Below, piece after piece: positions 20,273-30,720 of a DNA stretch of 64,000 bases. Numbering within the stretch: the stretch's first letter is position 1; every line of letters begins with the position of its first letter. The stretch lies in the IMG/VR virus record IMGVR_UViG_3300020189_000007; one strand, given 5' to 3'. Position numbers and translations under genes: made by a program. The notes beneath the pieces were generated by a model. The model saw nothing but the letters and a program-made list of their open reading frames with translations, did not search any database and was not told where the DNA came from. This stretch comes from an uncultured virus (IMG/VR IMGVR_UViG_3300020189_000007). Its lineage: Duplodnaviria > Heunggongvirae > Uroviricota > Caudoviricetes.

Positions 20273-21145
20273 TTATCTAGACTTAATAAATTCTTGTATG
20301 TGTTGCTTTACTTGACGGTCTACGCTATAACACGACTTAATACATAGCTCGTAGTTCTGCTCAATAGCCGGTAGCATCTCATCATACATCTCTTTATTGA
20401 TACCATTGATTATGTCTTTTAGCTGCTCTAGGGTATCAAACCTGATTGCTCCATCTTTATTGAAATACTCCCACACATGAGCATCTCCCCAATAGATAGG
20501 CACCGTCCTTGTTGCAAAACAATCCATAATCTTCTCTGTAAAGTAGCCTCTAGACCTGCTGTTTTCTATTGAAACAGAAAAATAGTAATCTCTTAGAGCA
20601 TCCGACTTTTTTTCTAGCCATTTTCCTGTTCCTGATCCGAACATATCAAAAGAATTAGGTAACATCGTGGCGATGTCGTGTCTTAACCTATGCCCAGGAA
20701 GAGACCTTTTGCTAGAGAAAATATGTGAGCAAAGTCGGCTTTTATTGTGGTTTGCTTTATCAAGAGCAGGAGTGTCTAAAAAAATACCATCTGCTGTTAC
20801 GTATCGACAGTCAACTTCTGATAAGTGTTTATCAATAACATCTAGGTTATGGGTTAAGATTAAATCAAACTTCTTGTAATTTTGCGAAAGGTACTTATAA
20901 GAAGTTGGAGCGAAGTCTATGGGTTCCATTATCCAAGCTACGTTAATAATTCCCGGTTTGTTATCAACTTGACTCAGCATATTATCGGTAAATACGCTTA
21001 CTCTTTGAGGGTCATAATCTCTAATGTATTTGATACCGGGCTCTATCCTTCCCTTCTCTAAAGAGTCGTCATAGCTAGTAGCGTGGGCAATATTATAGTC
21101 AAACAAGTTGACTTCAAGCACATCATTATCTTTATTAGAACCCAT
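20273..21145 (-). CDS. Alpha-1,3-fucosyltransferase-like (GT10)
   Basis: YYFSVSIENSRSRGYFTEKIMDCFATRTVPIYWG is the GT10 motif. Confidence 0.85.
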   Translation of the reverse strand: MGSNKDNDVLEVNLFDYNIAHATSYDDSLEKGRIEPGIKYIRDYDPQRVSVFTDNMLSQVDNKPGIINVAWIMEPIDFAPTSYKYLSQNYKKFDLILTHNLDVIDKHLSEVDCRYVTADGIFLDTPALDKANHNKSRLCSHIFSSKRSLPGHRLRHDIATMLPNSFDMFGSGTGKWLEKKSDALRDYYFSVSIENSRSRGYFTEKIMDCFATRTVPIYWGDAHVWEYFNKDGAIRFDTLEQLKDIINGINKEMYDEMLPAIEQNYELCIKSCYSVDRQVKQHIQEFIKSR

Positions 21146-21155
21146 GTTGTATCCT

Positions 21156-21752
21156 CTATCTTAGTTTCGGCCGATTCTTCTTTGATATCATATGACCCTC
21201 TACGCAAGCAGAGTCCAAAGAGCTCAAGTCCATGAAGGGTTGTAAACCTAGAAAGTGAGTGTTTATGAAGCCATGCCTCTCTAAGTGCTGCTCAAGTGGA
21301 TATTTCGCTGCGTTAAAATTATTTCTGCTTAAAAAATAACCTCCTTCTACGACATTTCTGGCTGCCCAGTCTTGCGCTGCGAACTTTGCTATCGGCGTGG
21401 TCGGAAAAGAGCCAATATCGTTATGAACAAAAGCTATGGGTATGTCATCACTAGAATTGAAATCTAAGACATTCTTGACTATCACTTTTTCGTGGTTGGT
21501 CGGATTAGCTATGTCATACCCGATGCATCTTTCTTTACCATATCTTTCACAAAGCAAGTTAAAAGAAACGCAATTATTGCTTCCAAGAACCACTATGTAT
21601 CCGTTATCGGGAATGTCATTAATCTTGAATATGACATCTCTGTAGATCTTACAGACATAATATTCTAAGCCGTATCCGTTAACTTCTCCATGAAGATGAG
21701 TGTTCTTAAACCAATAGTCTTCGTTATAGAACTTTCTTTCGCTATCATTCAT
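21156..21752 (-). CDS. Hypothetical protein, possible methyltransferase fold
   Basis: VVLGS, IGYDI and FVHNDIG spaced like class I MTase motifs. Confidence 0.45.
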   Translation of the reverse strand: MNDSERKFYNEDYWFKNTHLHGEVNGYGLEYYVCKIYRDVIFKINDIPDNGYIVVLGSNNCVSFNLLCERYGKERCIGYDIANPTNHEKVIVKNVLDFNSSDDIPIAFVHNDIGSFPTTPIAKFAAQDWAARNVVEGGYFLSRNNFNAAKYPLEQHLERHGFINTHFLGLQPFMDLSSLDSACVEGHMISKKNRPKLR

Positions 21753-21778
21753 ATTAAACCACTTTCATTAGACTCATT

Positions 21779-22444
21779 CTAGTCTACGAACCCCTTGAAT
21801 ACGCTCAAGTTAGAGACATCATGATACTTCCATGAGCCACCACAGTCTTTATTTTCTTCTGGTAAGTCTTTAAAGATTTGAATTCCTCTTGCAGCTTGCT
21901 CAGGTGGCATGTACATATTCCAACCTAGCATCTCTATCTCATCTTTGTCATACGGTACGTCTATGTGACGGCCTTCGTAACGCGCAACCTTGAACCACCT
22001 TGCTGCTTCTGGATCATCTGTTAGAATCATACCACCTTTACCAATATTCAGGATTTTCTTTATATGAAATGACAAACACTGATATGTCCCTGGAACATAC
22101 ATTCCTTTAGTAAACCTTGTTGCACCATCAATTACTGGATACGGGTGAAGTTGGTATGCACCAGACCACTCAACATCTTCAAACTTTACCCTACACCCAG
22201 CATGTATAATAGTCTGTGGGACGGAAACGTAAGTCTTAGACGGAACAGTAATGGTACCTTTTGCGTCGAGATACTTTAGACAAAGAAACATAGCATCTGT
22301 GCAGTTATCTACTGATACTGCAAATTTACTTCCTGCGTATTCTGCTACCATTTTTTCGAAGGCATCAACAACGTCCCATGGATCATTGATAGTAAACCCT
22401 TTTTTCTTCAGGTACGGTATCACATCTTCTAAAGAAACAAACAT
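21779..22444 (-). CDS. Short DegT/DnrJ/StrS aminotransferase
   Basis: AVSVDNCTDAM and CLSFHIKKILNIGKGGMILTDD (catalytic Lys retained); only 221 aa. Confidence 0.85.
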   Translation of the reverse strand: MFVSLEDVIPYLKKKGFTINDPWDVVDAFEKMVAEYAGSKFAVSVDNCTDAMFLCLKYLDAKGTITVPSKTYVSVPQTIIHAGCRVKFEDVEWSGAYQLHPYPVIDGATRFTKGMYVPGTYQCLSFHIKKILNIGKGGMILTDDPEAARWFKVARYEGRHIDVPYDKDEIEMLGWNMYMPPEQAARGIQIFKDLPEENKDCGGSWKYHDVSNLSVFKGFVD

Positions 22445-22445
22445 C

Positions 22446-23132
22446 TCAAACTCCTAAGGCGGAATAGTATTCACCAATTTTAAACTTCATATTTGTAGTG
22501 GCAGTTGATAAGTCATAATCTTCGTTGTAGTACATTTCAGGAAGCACACGAAAATCAAGACTAACGCGAGTTAGCCCAGTAGTGTTTGGCTTATTTCCGT
22601 GGCGGCACCTGTTTCCATTCCAGATTATAAACTCGCCATACTCACAGTTCATCGGAGAAAAATCACCTAATCCTGGTAACGACTCAGCCCAGACAGCACT
22701 TTCATCTCTCATCTGTGTCAAAGGTAATAATATGTTCAATTCACCCAGCGGATGCTTGTGTCTTTCATCATTGTCACAATGCCAGGTAGTAACGGCTTTT
22801 CCTGTGGGATACTGTATTCGAAATGACGGTAATGTTTGATATATGATTCTTTTCTCGTCTTTAAACTTAGAAGCAACTTCATCTTTTATGAATGATTTGT
22901 AAGAACTCAAAAACTCGTCCCATCCAGATCTCAATTTATCATAAAACAGTTTGTGGTATTTACTGTGTGTATCATTTCCCAAACCAGTATTTCCATCTGG
23001 GGCTACATAAATCTCTTCAAGGTGATTATGCAAGACCTGCAAATCTTCAGCTTCAAACAGATCTGATATAAGGCCTACAAAATTGTATTTTTCACTGTTG
23101 TATTTAATCTTGTGTTGCAAAATCGTCCTCAC
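22446..23132 (-). CDS. StrG-like Fe(II)/2OG-type oxygenase
   Basis: WHCD...HPLGELN...HGNKPNTTGLTRVSLDFR gives an HxD...H...R pattern. Confidence 0.7.
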   Translation of the reverse strand: MRTILQHKIKYNSEKYNFVGLISDLFEAEDLQVLHNHLEEIYVAPDGNTGLGNDTHSKYHKLFYDKLRSGWDEFLSSYKSFIKDEVASKFKDEKRIIYQTLPSFRIQYPTGKAVTTWHCDNDERHKHPLGELNILLPLTQMRDESAVWAESLPGLGDFSPMNCEYGEFIIWNGNRCRHGNKPNTTGLTRVSLDFRVLPEMYYNEDYDLSTATTNMKFKIGEYYSALGV

Positions 23133-24331
23133 TGAACACCGGGCTTTGGGCCGGCGCTTGTGTTAAATTGTTGGACCAACTTATGGTCTGGTATAATTTG
23201 AGCCAAGTAAGTTAATATAAACCTAGCAAGAGGCCTGTTCGCACGGTGAACAAGAACAAAAGTCTCGCCATCGATATCAGAAAAAGCGTTTTTATAGAAA
23301 TCTAGGTACCCATCCTTTCCAGATGTGTCTAGCAAACTATAGAAAGCGATGTGGTTGATTTTGGGAAAAATAATGTGCGCGGCTAATTTCATAGCTTGGT
23401 GATAGCAAAATACAGATATATCTGCTTTTATCATGCCACTTATCGCGACCATGTGTTCCAAACTATTGTTGGTGAGCTCTAGGTTTTCATGGTGCAAATG
23501 ATAAGACCTCTTCTCACTTTCAAACGTAAAAAAACAGTTGGGGGCCAAGATTTGACATATATCTAAAAAGTGCTTATCTTCTGGACTGTAACCCCAGAAC
23601 AAAGCTTCATCATAACCACCACTAGCATATAGAAGGAGAGCGTTCACCATTATACTACCACCAGGTGGATACACTTGTTCATACCACCTGCTGCTTATGT
23701 TATGTGATATCTGACTCAAGTCTTTGGTACTCAATTCATTCGAAAAGTATTTTTCTGTATTTTCTTTTGAAACGTATTCTAGCTTTCTGTCTTTTATAGT
23801 TTGGCATATCCATCCTTCACCAGCAGGTAGTGATGCTTGAAAATTTCTAGCATTGTCCAAGCAACTTTTAACCCACCCATCGTCTGTAACAATGTCTACA
23901 TCATGAAACAAAATGTAGGAAGGGATATGACTAGTGTCTCCAATAAAGTGATTTACTGCGGCGTTCATCGTAACAGATTTATTAAATTCACCCTTCACTT
24001 TTCTCATAAAGTGATAGCTTGTTTTCTCCTCTGTACAGAAAATGTTATGTAAGGGCTCATCATCCATCTCGGACACTATCAACCCAACAGCGGTTGGATC
24101 TTCCAAATTATTTATTTGAGACTTTAGACATCTAACTGTTGCTTTTAAGTGGTTACCTCTTTTATGGACAGGCACTATTATTAGCAACTCGCAGCTTTGA
24201 TCTTCTTCATACAATCGAAATTTGTCTTTTTCAAGTGATTTGAGAGTGTGGACCCTAGTAGAATTAATATTTGAAGTTGATAGATGCACCAAAGATCTTC
24301 TATATAGTTGCAGTAGTTGATTATCTTCCAT
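23129..24331 (-). CDS. Glycosyltransferase GT-A (GT2/GT7-like)
   Basis: IIVPVHKR, FNKS..MN, FHDVD, GGYDEALFWGYSPED. Confidence 0.8.
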   Translation of the reverse strand: MEDNQLLQLYRRSLVHLSTSNINSTRVHTLKSLEKDKFRLYEEDQSCELLIIVPVHKRGNHLKATVRCLKSQINNLEDPTAVGLIVSEMDDEPLHNIFCTEEKTSYHFMRKVKGEFNKSVTMNAAVNHFIGDTSHIPSYILFHDVDIVTDDGWVKSCLDNARNFQASLPAGEGWICQTIKDRKLEYVSKENTEKYFSNELSTKDLSQISHNISSRWYEQVYPPGGSIMVNALLLYASGGYDEALFWGYSPEDKHFLDICQILAPNCFFTFESEKRSYHLHHENLELTNNSLEHMVAISGMIKADISVFCYHQAMKLAAHIIFPKINHIAFYSLLDTSGKDGYLDFYKNAFSDIDGETFVLVHRANRPLARFILTYLAQIIPDHKLVQQFNTSAGPKPGVQ

Positions 24332-24354
24332 ATTCTTCTTCCGTTATTCTTTTT

Positions 24355-25113
24355 TTACCAAGAAAGTCTTTCGTACTTTTTACGACTTTTCGTTAGCGTG
24401 ACTGCATCATTTTGCTCTTTGGAGTTTACCTTATAATCCGACAAAGGGTTTTCCTTATTATAGCAATACATAACATACGGTAAGAACGCATGACGCTCTT
24501 GAGCCATTTCTAACATTGGTACCATGAATGCAACATCCCAGCCAGCCGAAAAGTACTTTCCACTGTTGTCACGTAGATCTTCATCTTTAATCGAGTACCA
24601 CAATCGGCTCTTGAATGTTCTTAAGTGCGAAGCGCAAAAAGGGACGTTTCTATAGTCATTTCCAATAACCACTTCTCTTGCATAGGGTCTGCAATTGCTA
24701 CGATCACCATAGGGGTGGCCAATCCAGTCACCGTAAGTCAACAAGAAAGAAGGGTTTTGCGTATACACTGCTTCTATTATAGACAGGCTAGAATCTGAAT
24801 ACAGAAAATCGTCTCCATCGATTACCATCATGATGTTATCCGGATCTTCATGGCACTTCAGTATATTAAAACCGTCGACTATATTCTTAAGCGCTTTAAC
24901 ATTCTCTTGGTTGTGAACGACTTTAAACCTTTTGTCATCTTTCACAAAGGGAAGGCTATCGATAACTTCTCCTGTCTTGTCAGTGCTAGCATCGTTTATT
25001 ATGACACACTCCCAATTCACAAAAGTCTGAGTAGAAATAGACTTAAGACAACGCTCTATCCAGTTCTCTGTATTGTAGGTGGGAACCACTATCTTCATTT
25101 TTTGCATAGTCAC
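24355..25113 (-). CDS. Glycosyltransferase GT2
   Basis: VVPTYN, INDASTD, IDGDDFL. Confidence 0.9.
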   Translation of the reverse strand: MTMQKMKIVVPTYNTENWIERCLKSISTQTFVNWECVIINDASTDKTGEVIDSLPFVKDDKRFKVVHNQENVKALKNIVDGFNILKCHEDPDNIMMVIDGDDFLYSDSSLSIIEAVYTQNPSFLLTYGDWIGHPYGDRSNCRPYAREVVIGNDYRNVPFCASHLRTFKSRLWYSIKDEDLRDNSGKYFSAGWDVAFMVPMLEMAQERHAFLPYVMYCYNKENPLSDYKVNSKEQNDAVTLTKSRKKYERLSW

Positions 25114-25892
25114 ACCCTCTTGTTACCATGTGCAGTAGGATCGAGTTGCCAATCATAAATCTTTTTCTCTCTTTCTCCATGAACAATACCTGCTGTCTTA
25201 TACATCGTGTAGTATGTATCGCTCATAAAAATCGGTATTCTAGCGTCATAGTCAGGGTCTTTTCTTTGAGTATAATCAACAAGAACATCTTCTAAGTTAG
25301 CAAAATCTGTATGTGGTAAAAGCTTAAGCCAGAGATGTAAGTCTTCAGCTTTTGGAAAAAGCTGCTCATAGCCTCCGACTATACCAAACATTTTGTTTCT
25401 TATCAGCACAGATGGGTGACATATTGAATTTTGACCATAAAGAAAAAACGCCTTAATTGTATTGTCATCAGTTGGGTAATCAACTTTTCTTCCCATCGTA
25501 CCCATTTCTTGTAAGTTACCTTCTTCGTCAAGTAACTGTATCTGCGTTCCCAAGACTGACACTTCAGGATTTTCGTCCATAAAAGCAACTTGCTTTTCTA
25601 GCTTTTCAGGATACCAGTAATCATCTCCGTCCTGGCGCGCCACAAACTCAAGATGGCAATGTTTAAGACCTGCATTGAGGGCAGGAACAATACCCGGCTC
25701 TTTACAGCTCACTATCTTTATGTCCATATCGTCAATAAATTCTTCGACTATTTCGATAGTGCTATCTGTACAGTTATTGTCGACGGCGATGACTTCAAAG
25801 TCTTTGTAGGTCTGATTTTTTACTGATACTAATGCTCTACGAACTGTCGATTCGCAGTTGTATAAGGGTATCAATACGGAAACTCTATTCAT
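25110..25892 (-). CDS. Glycosyltransferase GT2
   Basis: VLIPLYN, VDNNCTD, ARQDGDD, AEDLHLW. Confidence 0.9.
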   Translation of the reverse strand: MNRVSVLIPLYNCESTVRRALVSVKNQTYKDFEVIAVDNNCTDSTIEIVEEFIDDMDIKIVSCKEPGIVPALNAGLKHCHLEFVARQDGDDYWYPEKLEKQVAFMDENPEVSVLGTQIQLLDEEGNLQEMGTMGRKVDYPTDDNTIKAFFLYGQNSICHPSVLIRNKMFGIVGGYEQLFPKAEDLHLWLKLLPHTDFANLEDVLVDYTQRKDPDYDARIPIFMSDTYYTMYKTAGIVHGEREKKIYDWQLDPTAHGNKRV

Positions 25893-27834
25893 TTTTCTCT
25901 CGTAAATTTAAGAACTCTACAGGATGAGTTGTATTAAGAGTTACATGAGGAACATTCGCAGAGAAGTCAACTTTAGTGTGGAATATCCACCCCCCTAACT
26001 CAGAAGCCAACCTTTTGCTTAAAGCTTCGATGTCTTCATCAGTTACTTCGCTCCACGGCTTATCAAACATGACATTGTTCTCTGTGGTATCCTCTGCATC
26101 ATGACGATACTGGCTTTTCCAGAATGATGCCCAATGAAGCTTGTACTGCTTAATCTTCTTAGAAATATCATACCATGAATAGTGGTGAACTGATGGAATC
26201 TGATCTACAACCTGCTGGAACCAGTTTTGATATGCGGACATCGCTTCATCATTACCCATCAAAGCAGCTAGCCTAACCCTATGCGCATCCTCAGTGTAGA
26301 AGCCGACGTGGGGTATTCTTTCACCTGTCTCAGAGTGTATGTAATCACATGTGTCTGTCCCTAAAGCAGCATATATGTTACCTTCTTCATCCCATCTTCG
26401 AAGTTCACTCGGGATACCTTGCGTAACATATGGTTTGTTTCTGCTTATCCGCCACTTCCATGGATTGATATCCATACGAACTTTTTCGTCACCGCCCCAG
26501 TACTCGATAACTGGTAACGACATGATGTCAAACTGTGGTGGGAAAGCCTTCATGACATTTCTAGCTTTTTGATAGTCATTTTCGTGGACTATCTCATCGG
26601 CATCCATCTGCCAGCAGAAATCACCTGTACAATAGCTTCTAGCTGTAGCTTTTAGCTTACCGTCTGTCTCATACGCAAATGAGGGGTGATCATTCGGAAC
26701 AGAATGCTGGTATACTTTAAGACGTCCGTCTTCCTGACCCTGAGCCATGGTCTGTAGTTCTTCCCATGTATCGTCATCGGAACCACCATCGACAACAACT
26801 ACCTCATCACAGAAGCCAAGCATGGACCTTACAGTCGCCTGCCAAGGGTACTTCATACGATTTGCGTTCCTAACAGTGGTATAGCCAGAAAGTGTAGGAG
26901 TATAATTCATGATAGACTTGATTGCGTTCCAAAATCTTTCGCGGGCTGCATAGAGATATGACAGCATGTCGATATCAGATCCAGTGAACCACTCCTCATT
27001 AGCGTGCTGAACGTTCTCATTTAAGACCAGTTCGCATCCTAAAGCCTTGGCTTCGATAACCATTCTTGGACATGTGTCTCCTCCCTTAGGCAGATACACA
27101 AAACCCTCAGCAGCAGAAAGCTTTTGAAGCAGTTCTTCATGAGGAACTCCCCACACGACTTCGTATTCCAAGTCGTTATCTTTACAGTGCTGCTCGGCAT
27201 CTTCAAACCCCTTGATCCAAGAATTTGAGCCGAGAACAATCCACCCCTGACGGTCTTGATTCTCATTTTCATACTTCACGGAGTTGACATATGCAAAGAA
27301 GCTATCATCGAAAACGCTGCTAAGCACAACTGAATCATTTTCTCTTAGGAAAGGAAAACGTGCTAAGTATCTTGCTTCTTGATCTTCACTCATCCACCAT
27401 AGGCTCTTTGCGCCATGGAAGAAAGCTGATATCATCTTACCGTGAAGATCTTCATGACAGTCGCATTGAGTACCAGTCTCTAACTCATGCTTCTCTATGC
27501 TTCTGAATTTACAGAACTTGTAGTCATATTCGATTATTGAATATTCCATGTTAGCGATGATGGTCGGAATAAGAGATGGATTCATAGAAGTCGAGTTACA
27601 AAAAACCCAATGCTTCCCATGCCCGGACTTTAGCATTGCCATGCTTACATCTCTAGCATAAACCTTCTGTACCTTGACATCACTTGCGGCTTGAATTAGA
27701 GCTTCGGTTGTTAGCTCAGCACCACCGACATAATCTTCTACAAATAAATCTGCAACTACAACCACATCTGTACTGTCATCGATCAAATTGACAGAAGGCT
27801 GCTGTTGCTCAAATGGACTTTTGAATACTGACAT
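25885..27834 (-). CDS. Two-domain glycosyltransferase (GT-B-like plus GT2)
   Basis: N-half DTCPRMVIEAKALGC; C-half VVVDGGSDD and QMDADE. Confidence 0.8.
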   Translation of the reverse strand: MSVFKSPFEQQQPSVNLIDDSTDVVVVADLFVEDYVGGAELTTEALIQAASDVKVQKVYARDVSMAMLKSGHGKHWVFCNSTSMNPSLIPTIIANMEYSIIEYDYKFCKFRSIEKHELETGTQCDCHEDLHGKMISAFFHGAKSLWWMSEDQEARYLARFPFLRENDSVVLSSVFDDSFFAYVNSVKYENENQDRQGWIVLGSNSWIKGFEDAEQHCKDNDLEYEVVWGVPHEELLQKLSAAEGFVYLPKGGDTCPRMVIEAKALGCELVLNENVQHANEEWFTGSDIDMLSYLYAARERFWNAIKSIMNYTPTLSGYTTVRNANRMKYPWQATVRSMLGFCDEVVVVDGGSDDDTWEELQTMAQGQEDGRLKVYQHSVPNDHPSFAYETDGKLKATARSYCTGDFCWQMDADEIVHENDYQKARNVMKAFPPQFDIMSLPVIEYWGGDEKVRMDINPWKWRISRNKPYVTQGIPSELRRWDEEGNIYAALGTDTCDYIHSETGERIPHVGFYTEDAHRVRLAALMGNDEAMSAYQNWFQQVVDQIPSVHHYSWYDISKKIKQYKLHWASFWKSQYRHDAEDTTENNVMFDKPWSEVTDEDIEALSKRLASELGGWIFHTKVDFSANVPHVTLNTTHPVEFLNLREKNE

Positions 27835-27950
27835 ATACGACCTCTAACCTTACTCCATCAATAATAGAGAGGGGTCTGAGGTTGTATACGTCAAGTTTTT
27901 TTCGAAAAGTGCTTGTACAAATTCTGGAAAGACTGCTAATATATTTCTGT

Positions 27951-27996
27951 AACTGAATAACTGAACTACTGTATTACTGAATCTTATTACTTATTA
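27951..27996. repeat. Four tandem 8-mers (WACTGWAY) plus 2x CTTATTA in an AT-rich spacer
   Basis: AACTGAAT AACTGAAC TACTGTAT TACTGAAT CTTATTA CTTATTA read directly. Confidence 0.85.
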
Positions 27997-28031
27997 AATA
28001 CTATTAATCTATATATTATATAAGTTAATTC

Positions 28032-30716
28032 TTAGTTAGAGCTTTCTAAAGCCTCTAATCTATCTTTTACTTCTTTTAGCGCTGAAACTATGTAAGCTGT
28101 CACTCTGTCATAAGATACTGACCTCGTGATCTCTACAGGCTCATTTCTTTCTGGGACTAGTTCTGGAAAAATATCAACAACTTCGTCAGCTACAAACCCA
28201 GGTATATGTACACTATTGGTATCATCGGATATGTCATAGAACAGACGTGGTAAAAGACTTGTCACCTGATCGAGACTAGCAGACAAATCAGATATATCTT
28301 TCTTTACTCTACGGTCGGAAGTAGATCTTCTAATCTGTCCGGCGACATCGACATTGACATTCGCGGAGGAGGCGGTGGATAAAGTGTACACCGACGGTAC
28401 CTGTAATAGCCCACTGGCTCGATCAACTATGATCCGATTGACGACGCTCGTCGCCTCTCCGCTTTGTATTATAAGGTCATTAGCAGTCCCATCGTACATC
28501 ACCCTGAAGCCGTAAGCTCCAACGGTTCCAAAGCCTTCTGTTGTAGAAATAGTGTTCTCAATCAAGTCTAATCTAGCTTCATTACCGGAACCAACACCAA
28601 TTAAAAGTCCTGCGTTTCCACCACCATTTGTTAGGGGATTAGACCCAACAGCAACATGAGCATTATCCATACCTCCGACCTGTAAGTGTTGAGTGGTCGA
28701 CGTCGCTCCGTTGGCCGTGGAGTTGAAAACAATTCTAGTTCCTTCCGCCGTAGCTGGCTGGAAGGTTTCAGAAAACTCTACTATAACGTTTGCGACGTCA
28801 TGATATGTAATATCATCGGTGGAGGCTTGGAAGTTTAGCTCACCAACGTTATATCCTGCTGCAGGCGTCGTAGAACTTGGTACATATCTCTTTAGGTACA
28901 AACCGGCGCCATTATTCATACTTGTACTATCTGACATGAGCACTACTGATGGAGTTCCGCCACCCTCCATGGCTAGTCTGTTAGTAGTATAAGTTAGGTT
29001 AGCACTATCATCTAGCAAACCACCAGTCCCAGCAATCACAACTCTATCCCTAGTCAAATTAGTACTAGTCAAGCCTCCAGCTAGAACGTTCTGGGCCTCA
29101 ACATCCGCGGTGGCAACGACATTACCAGTGCTAATAGACATCACAGCGGTACCACCGCTGTTCAAGATGTCGTTTCCTGCAATTTGTAAGTCACCACTCA
29201 AGCGTGTCGTGGCGGCGGCAAGATCAATCCGTCCTGAGACTCCATTACCTATTGTTGCGCCATTCTCTAGAGTGATCGTGTCATTAACTGTCATGGGAAG
29301 ATTCACGTTAACAGATGTTGTTGTGTCAACCTCTATAGCTGAATCTGTACCAAGAACATTCCCATGTCCAATCTTGAAGATACTGTCAGTATTATCCACA
29401 CCGGCATGGTAGTAAAGAGTACCAGCTGCTTGATAATAAAACTCAACCTTAACGTCTTCTGCCCCACCATCACCAATTCTCAAGTAAGGGTTGGTTCCAA
29501 CGATCCTGACTCCACCGATCGGTTGTAGTTGTATGATACCGTCTGGATTTACATAAAGGTGACCAGTAGCAGTGACACCATCATCGACAGTAGACAGCGT
29601 AGTCGCCCCATTTGCTCCAACATCAATAGCAAAATAGTCTGAAGTATTGCTCTCATTATGTATTTTTAAGTTAGCAGCGGTGAAAGAGAAACGATCAGCA
29701 CCGTTATCCTTGATGTATATTTGACTTAAGTCAGAATCTAGCGTTATGTTTGACGTGGAGTCAATAGTGAAAGCAGCACAATCAATAGAAGAGTTCGCTC
29801 CAAAGTTTAGGGTCGAACCCGCGCCGAAGTTGGCTACTGCGCTACTACCCATCTCAAAAGATCCGGTAACGTTTAAGTTCTCTCCCACATGGGCGTGCCC
29901 ATATGTGGTTGTCACGCTATTAGTGCCGCCGTCAGCAGCATTTAGCTGTACTCTAAACTGGGGATTTTGAGACTCATCCCAAACAGCAAAAACAGGGGTT
30001 CCACCGGTGCTATCTGCATCAACCTGTATGATAGCATTACCATCTGACTTGATTGCTAATTGGCCGGCAGTGGGTCCAAGAATGTCTCCACCATTGACTG
30101 TTAAGTCACCACGTATTGTAACGTTATCATCCGTATCCATGATGATGGTGTTTCCACCGTCTGAAGCTTGAATAACATTACCGCCGACTTGTAATGAACC
30201 ACCAGCCTTTATATCTCCGCCGGCCGTAAAAGTGTTTTGTAAATCAGCGCTTCCAGATTTAATAATAAAAGAGCTGAAGTACGTACTACCACTTTCCCTG
30301 GTACCCATCCGTATGCGTTTTTCTTGACCTTCCCACATTATGAAAAGACGGTTACTGTTATCATACCCAGCGTTTATATAAGCATCTCCTAAAGCGCTAG
30401 CTGACTCTACTACAATCCTGCGATCACTAGAAGTATCGCTTAATCCTAAGTCTCCACCTACCGCGAAAGCTACGTTTGTTTCTGCGCTTACACCTACTCC
30501 AACCCGGGCACCGTTAGTGCCACCAGCATAAGATGCTGTAAGGATTTTATGGCTGACATTCTGATCACCAATAACCTCAAAAGACCCTTCGACAATAGAG
30601 GATCTAAAGTTCATAGGAGTGGGATCTGGATTAGCAACGGCGCTGTCCCCTACTTGGAAAACGAGGTCACCTGATGTGTTTCTGACTTCTAAAGATCCTG
30701 TTACCCAAATTGACAT
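28032..30716 (-). CDS. Tail fibre with C-terminal intramolecular chaperone (peptidase S74)
   Basis: TSDRRVKKDI...GFVADEV...SVSYDRV..IVSALKEVKDRLEALE; G/S/T-rich beta repeats. Confidence 0.85.
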   Translation of the reverse strand: MSIWVTGSLEVRNTSGDLVFQVGDSAVANPDPTPMNFRSSIVEGSFEVIGDQNVSHKILTASYAGGTNGARVGVGVSAETNVAFAVGGDLGLSDTSSDRRIVVESASALGDAYINAGYDNSNRLFIMWEGQEKRIRMGTRESGSTYFSSFIIKSGSADLQNTFTAGGDIKAGGSLQVGGNVIQASDGGNTIIMDTDDNVTIRGDLTVNGGDILGPTAGQLAIKSDGNAIIQVDADSTGGTPVFAVWDESQNPQFRVQLNAADGGTNSVTTTYGHAHVGENLNVTGSFEMGSSAVANFGAGSTLNFGANSSIDCAAFTIDSTSNITLDSDLSQIYIKDNGADRFSFTAANLKIHNESNTSDYFAIDVGANGATTLSTVDDGVTATGHLYVNPDGIIQLQPIGGVRIVGTNPYLRIGDGGAEDVKVEFYYQAAGTLYYHAGVDNTDSIFKIGHGNVLGTDSAIEVDTTTSVNVNLPMTVNDTITLENGATIGNGVSGRIDLAAATTRLSGDLQIAGNDILNSGGTAVMSISTGNVVATADVEAQNVLAGGLTSTNLTRDRVVIAGTGGLLDDSANLTYTTNRLAMEGGGTPSVVLMSDSTSMNNGAGLYLKRYVPSSTTPAAGYNVGELNFQASTDDITYHDVANVIVEFSETFQPATAEGTRIVFNSTANGATSTTQHLQVGGMDNAHVAVGSNPLTNGGGNAGLLIGVGSGNEARLDLIENTISTTEGFGTVGAYGFRVMYDGTANDLIIQSGEATSVVNRIIVDRASGLLQVPSVYTLSTASSANVNVDVAGQIRRSTSDRRVKKDISDLSASLDQVTSLLPRLFYDISDDTNSVHIPGFVADEVVDIFPELVPERNEPVEITRSVSYDRVTAYIVSALKEVKDRLEALESSN

Positions 30717-30720
30717 ATTC

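Noticed and set aside
10878..27834. Bacterial O-antigen/capsule locus, or eukaryotic giant-virus origin
   Set aside because: No Wzx/Wzy/Wzz seen; flanked by baseplate, gp55-like sigma and fibre genes; Shine-Dalgarno sites and operon overlaps indicate a bacteriophage.
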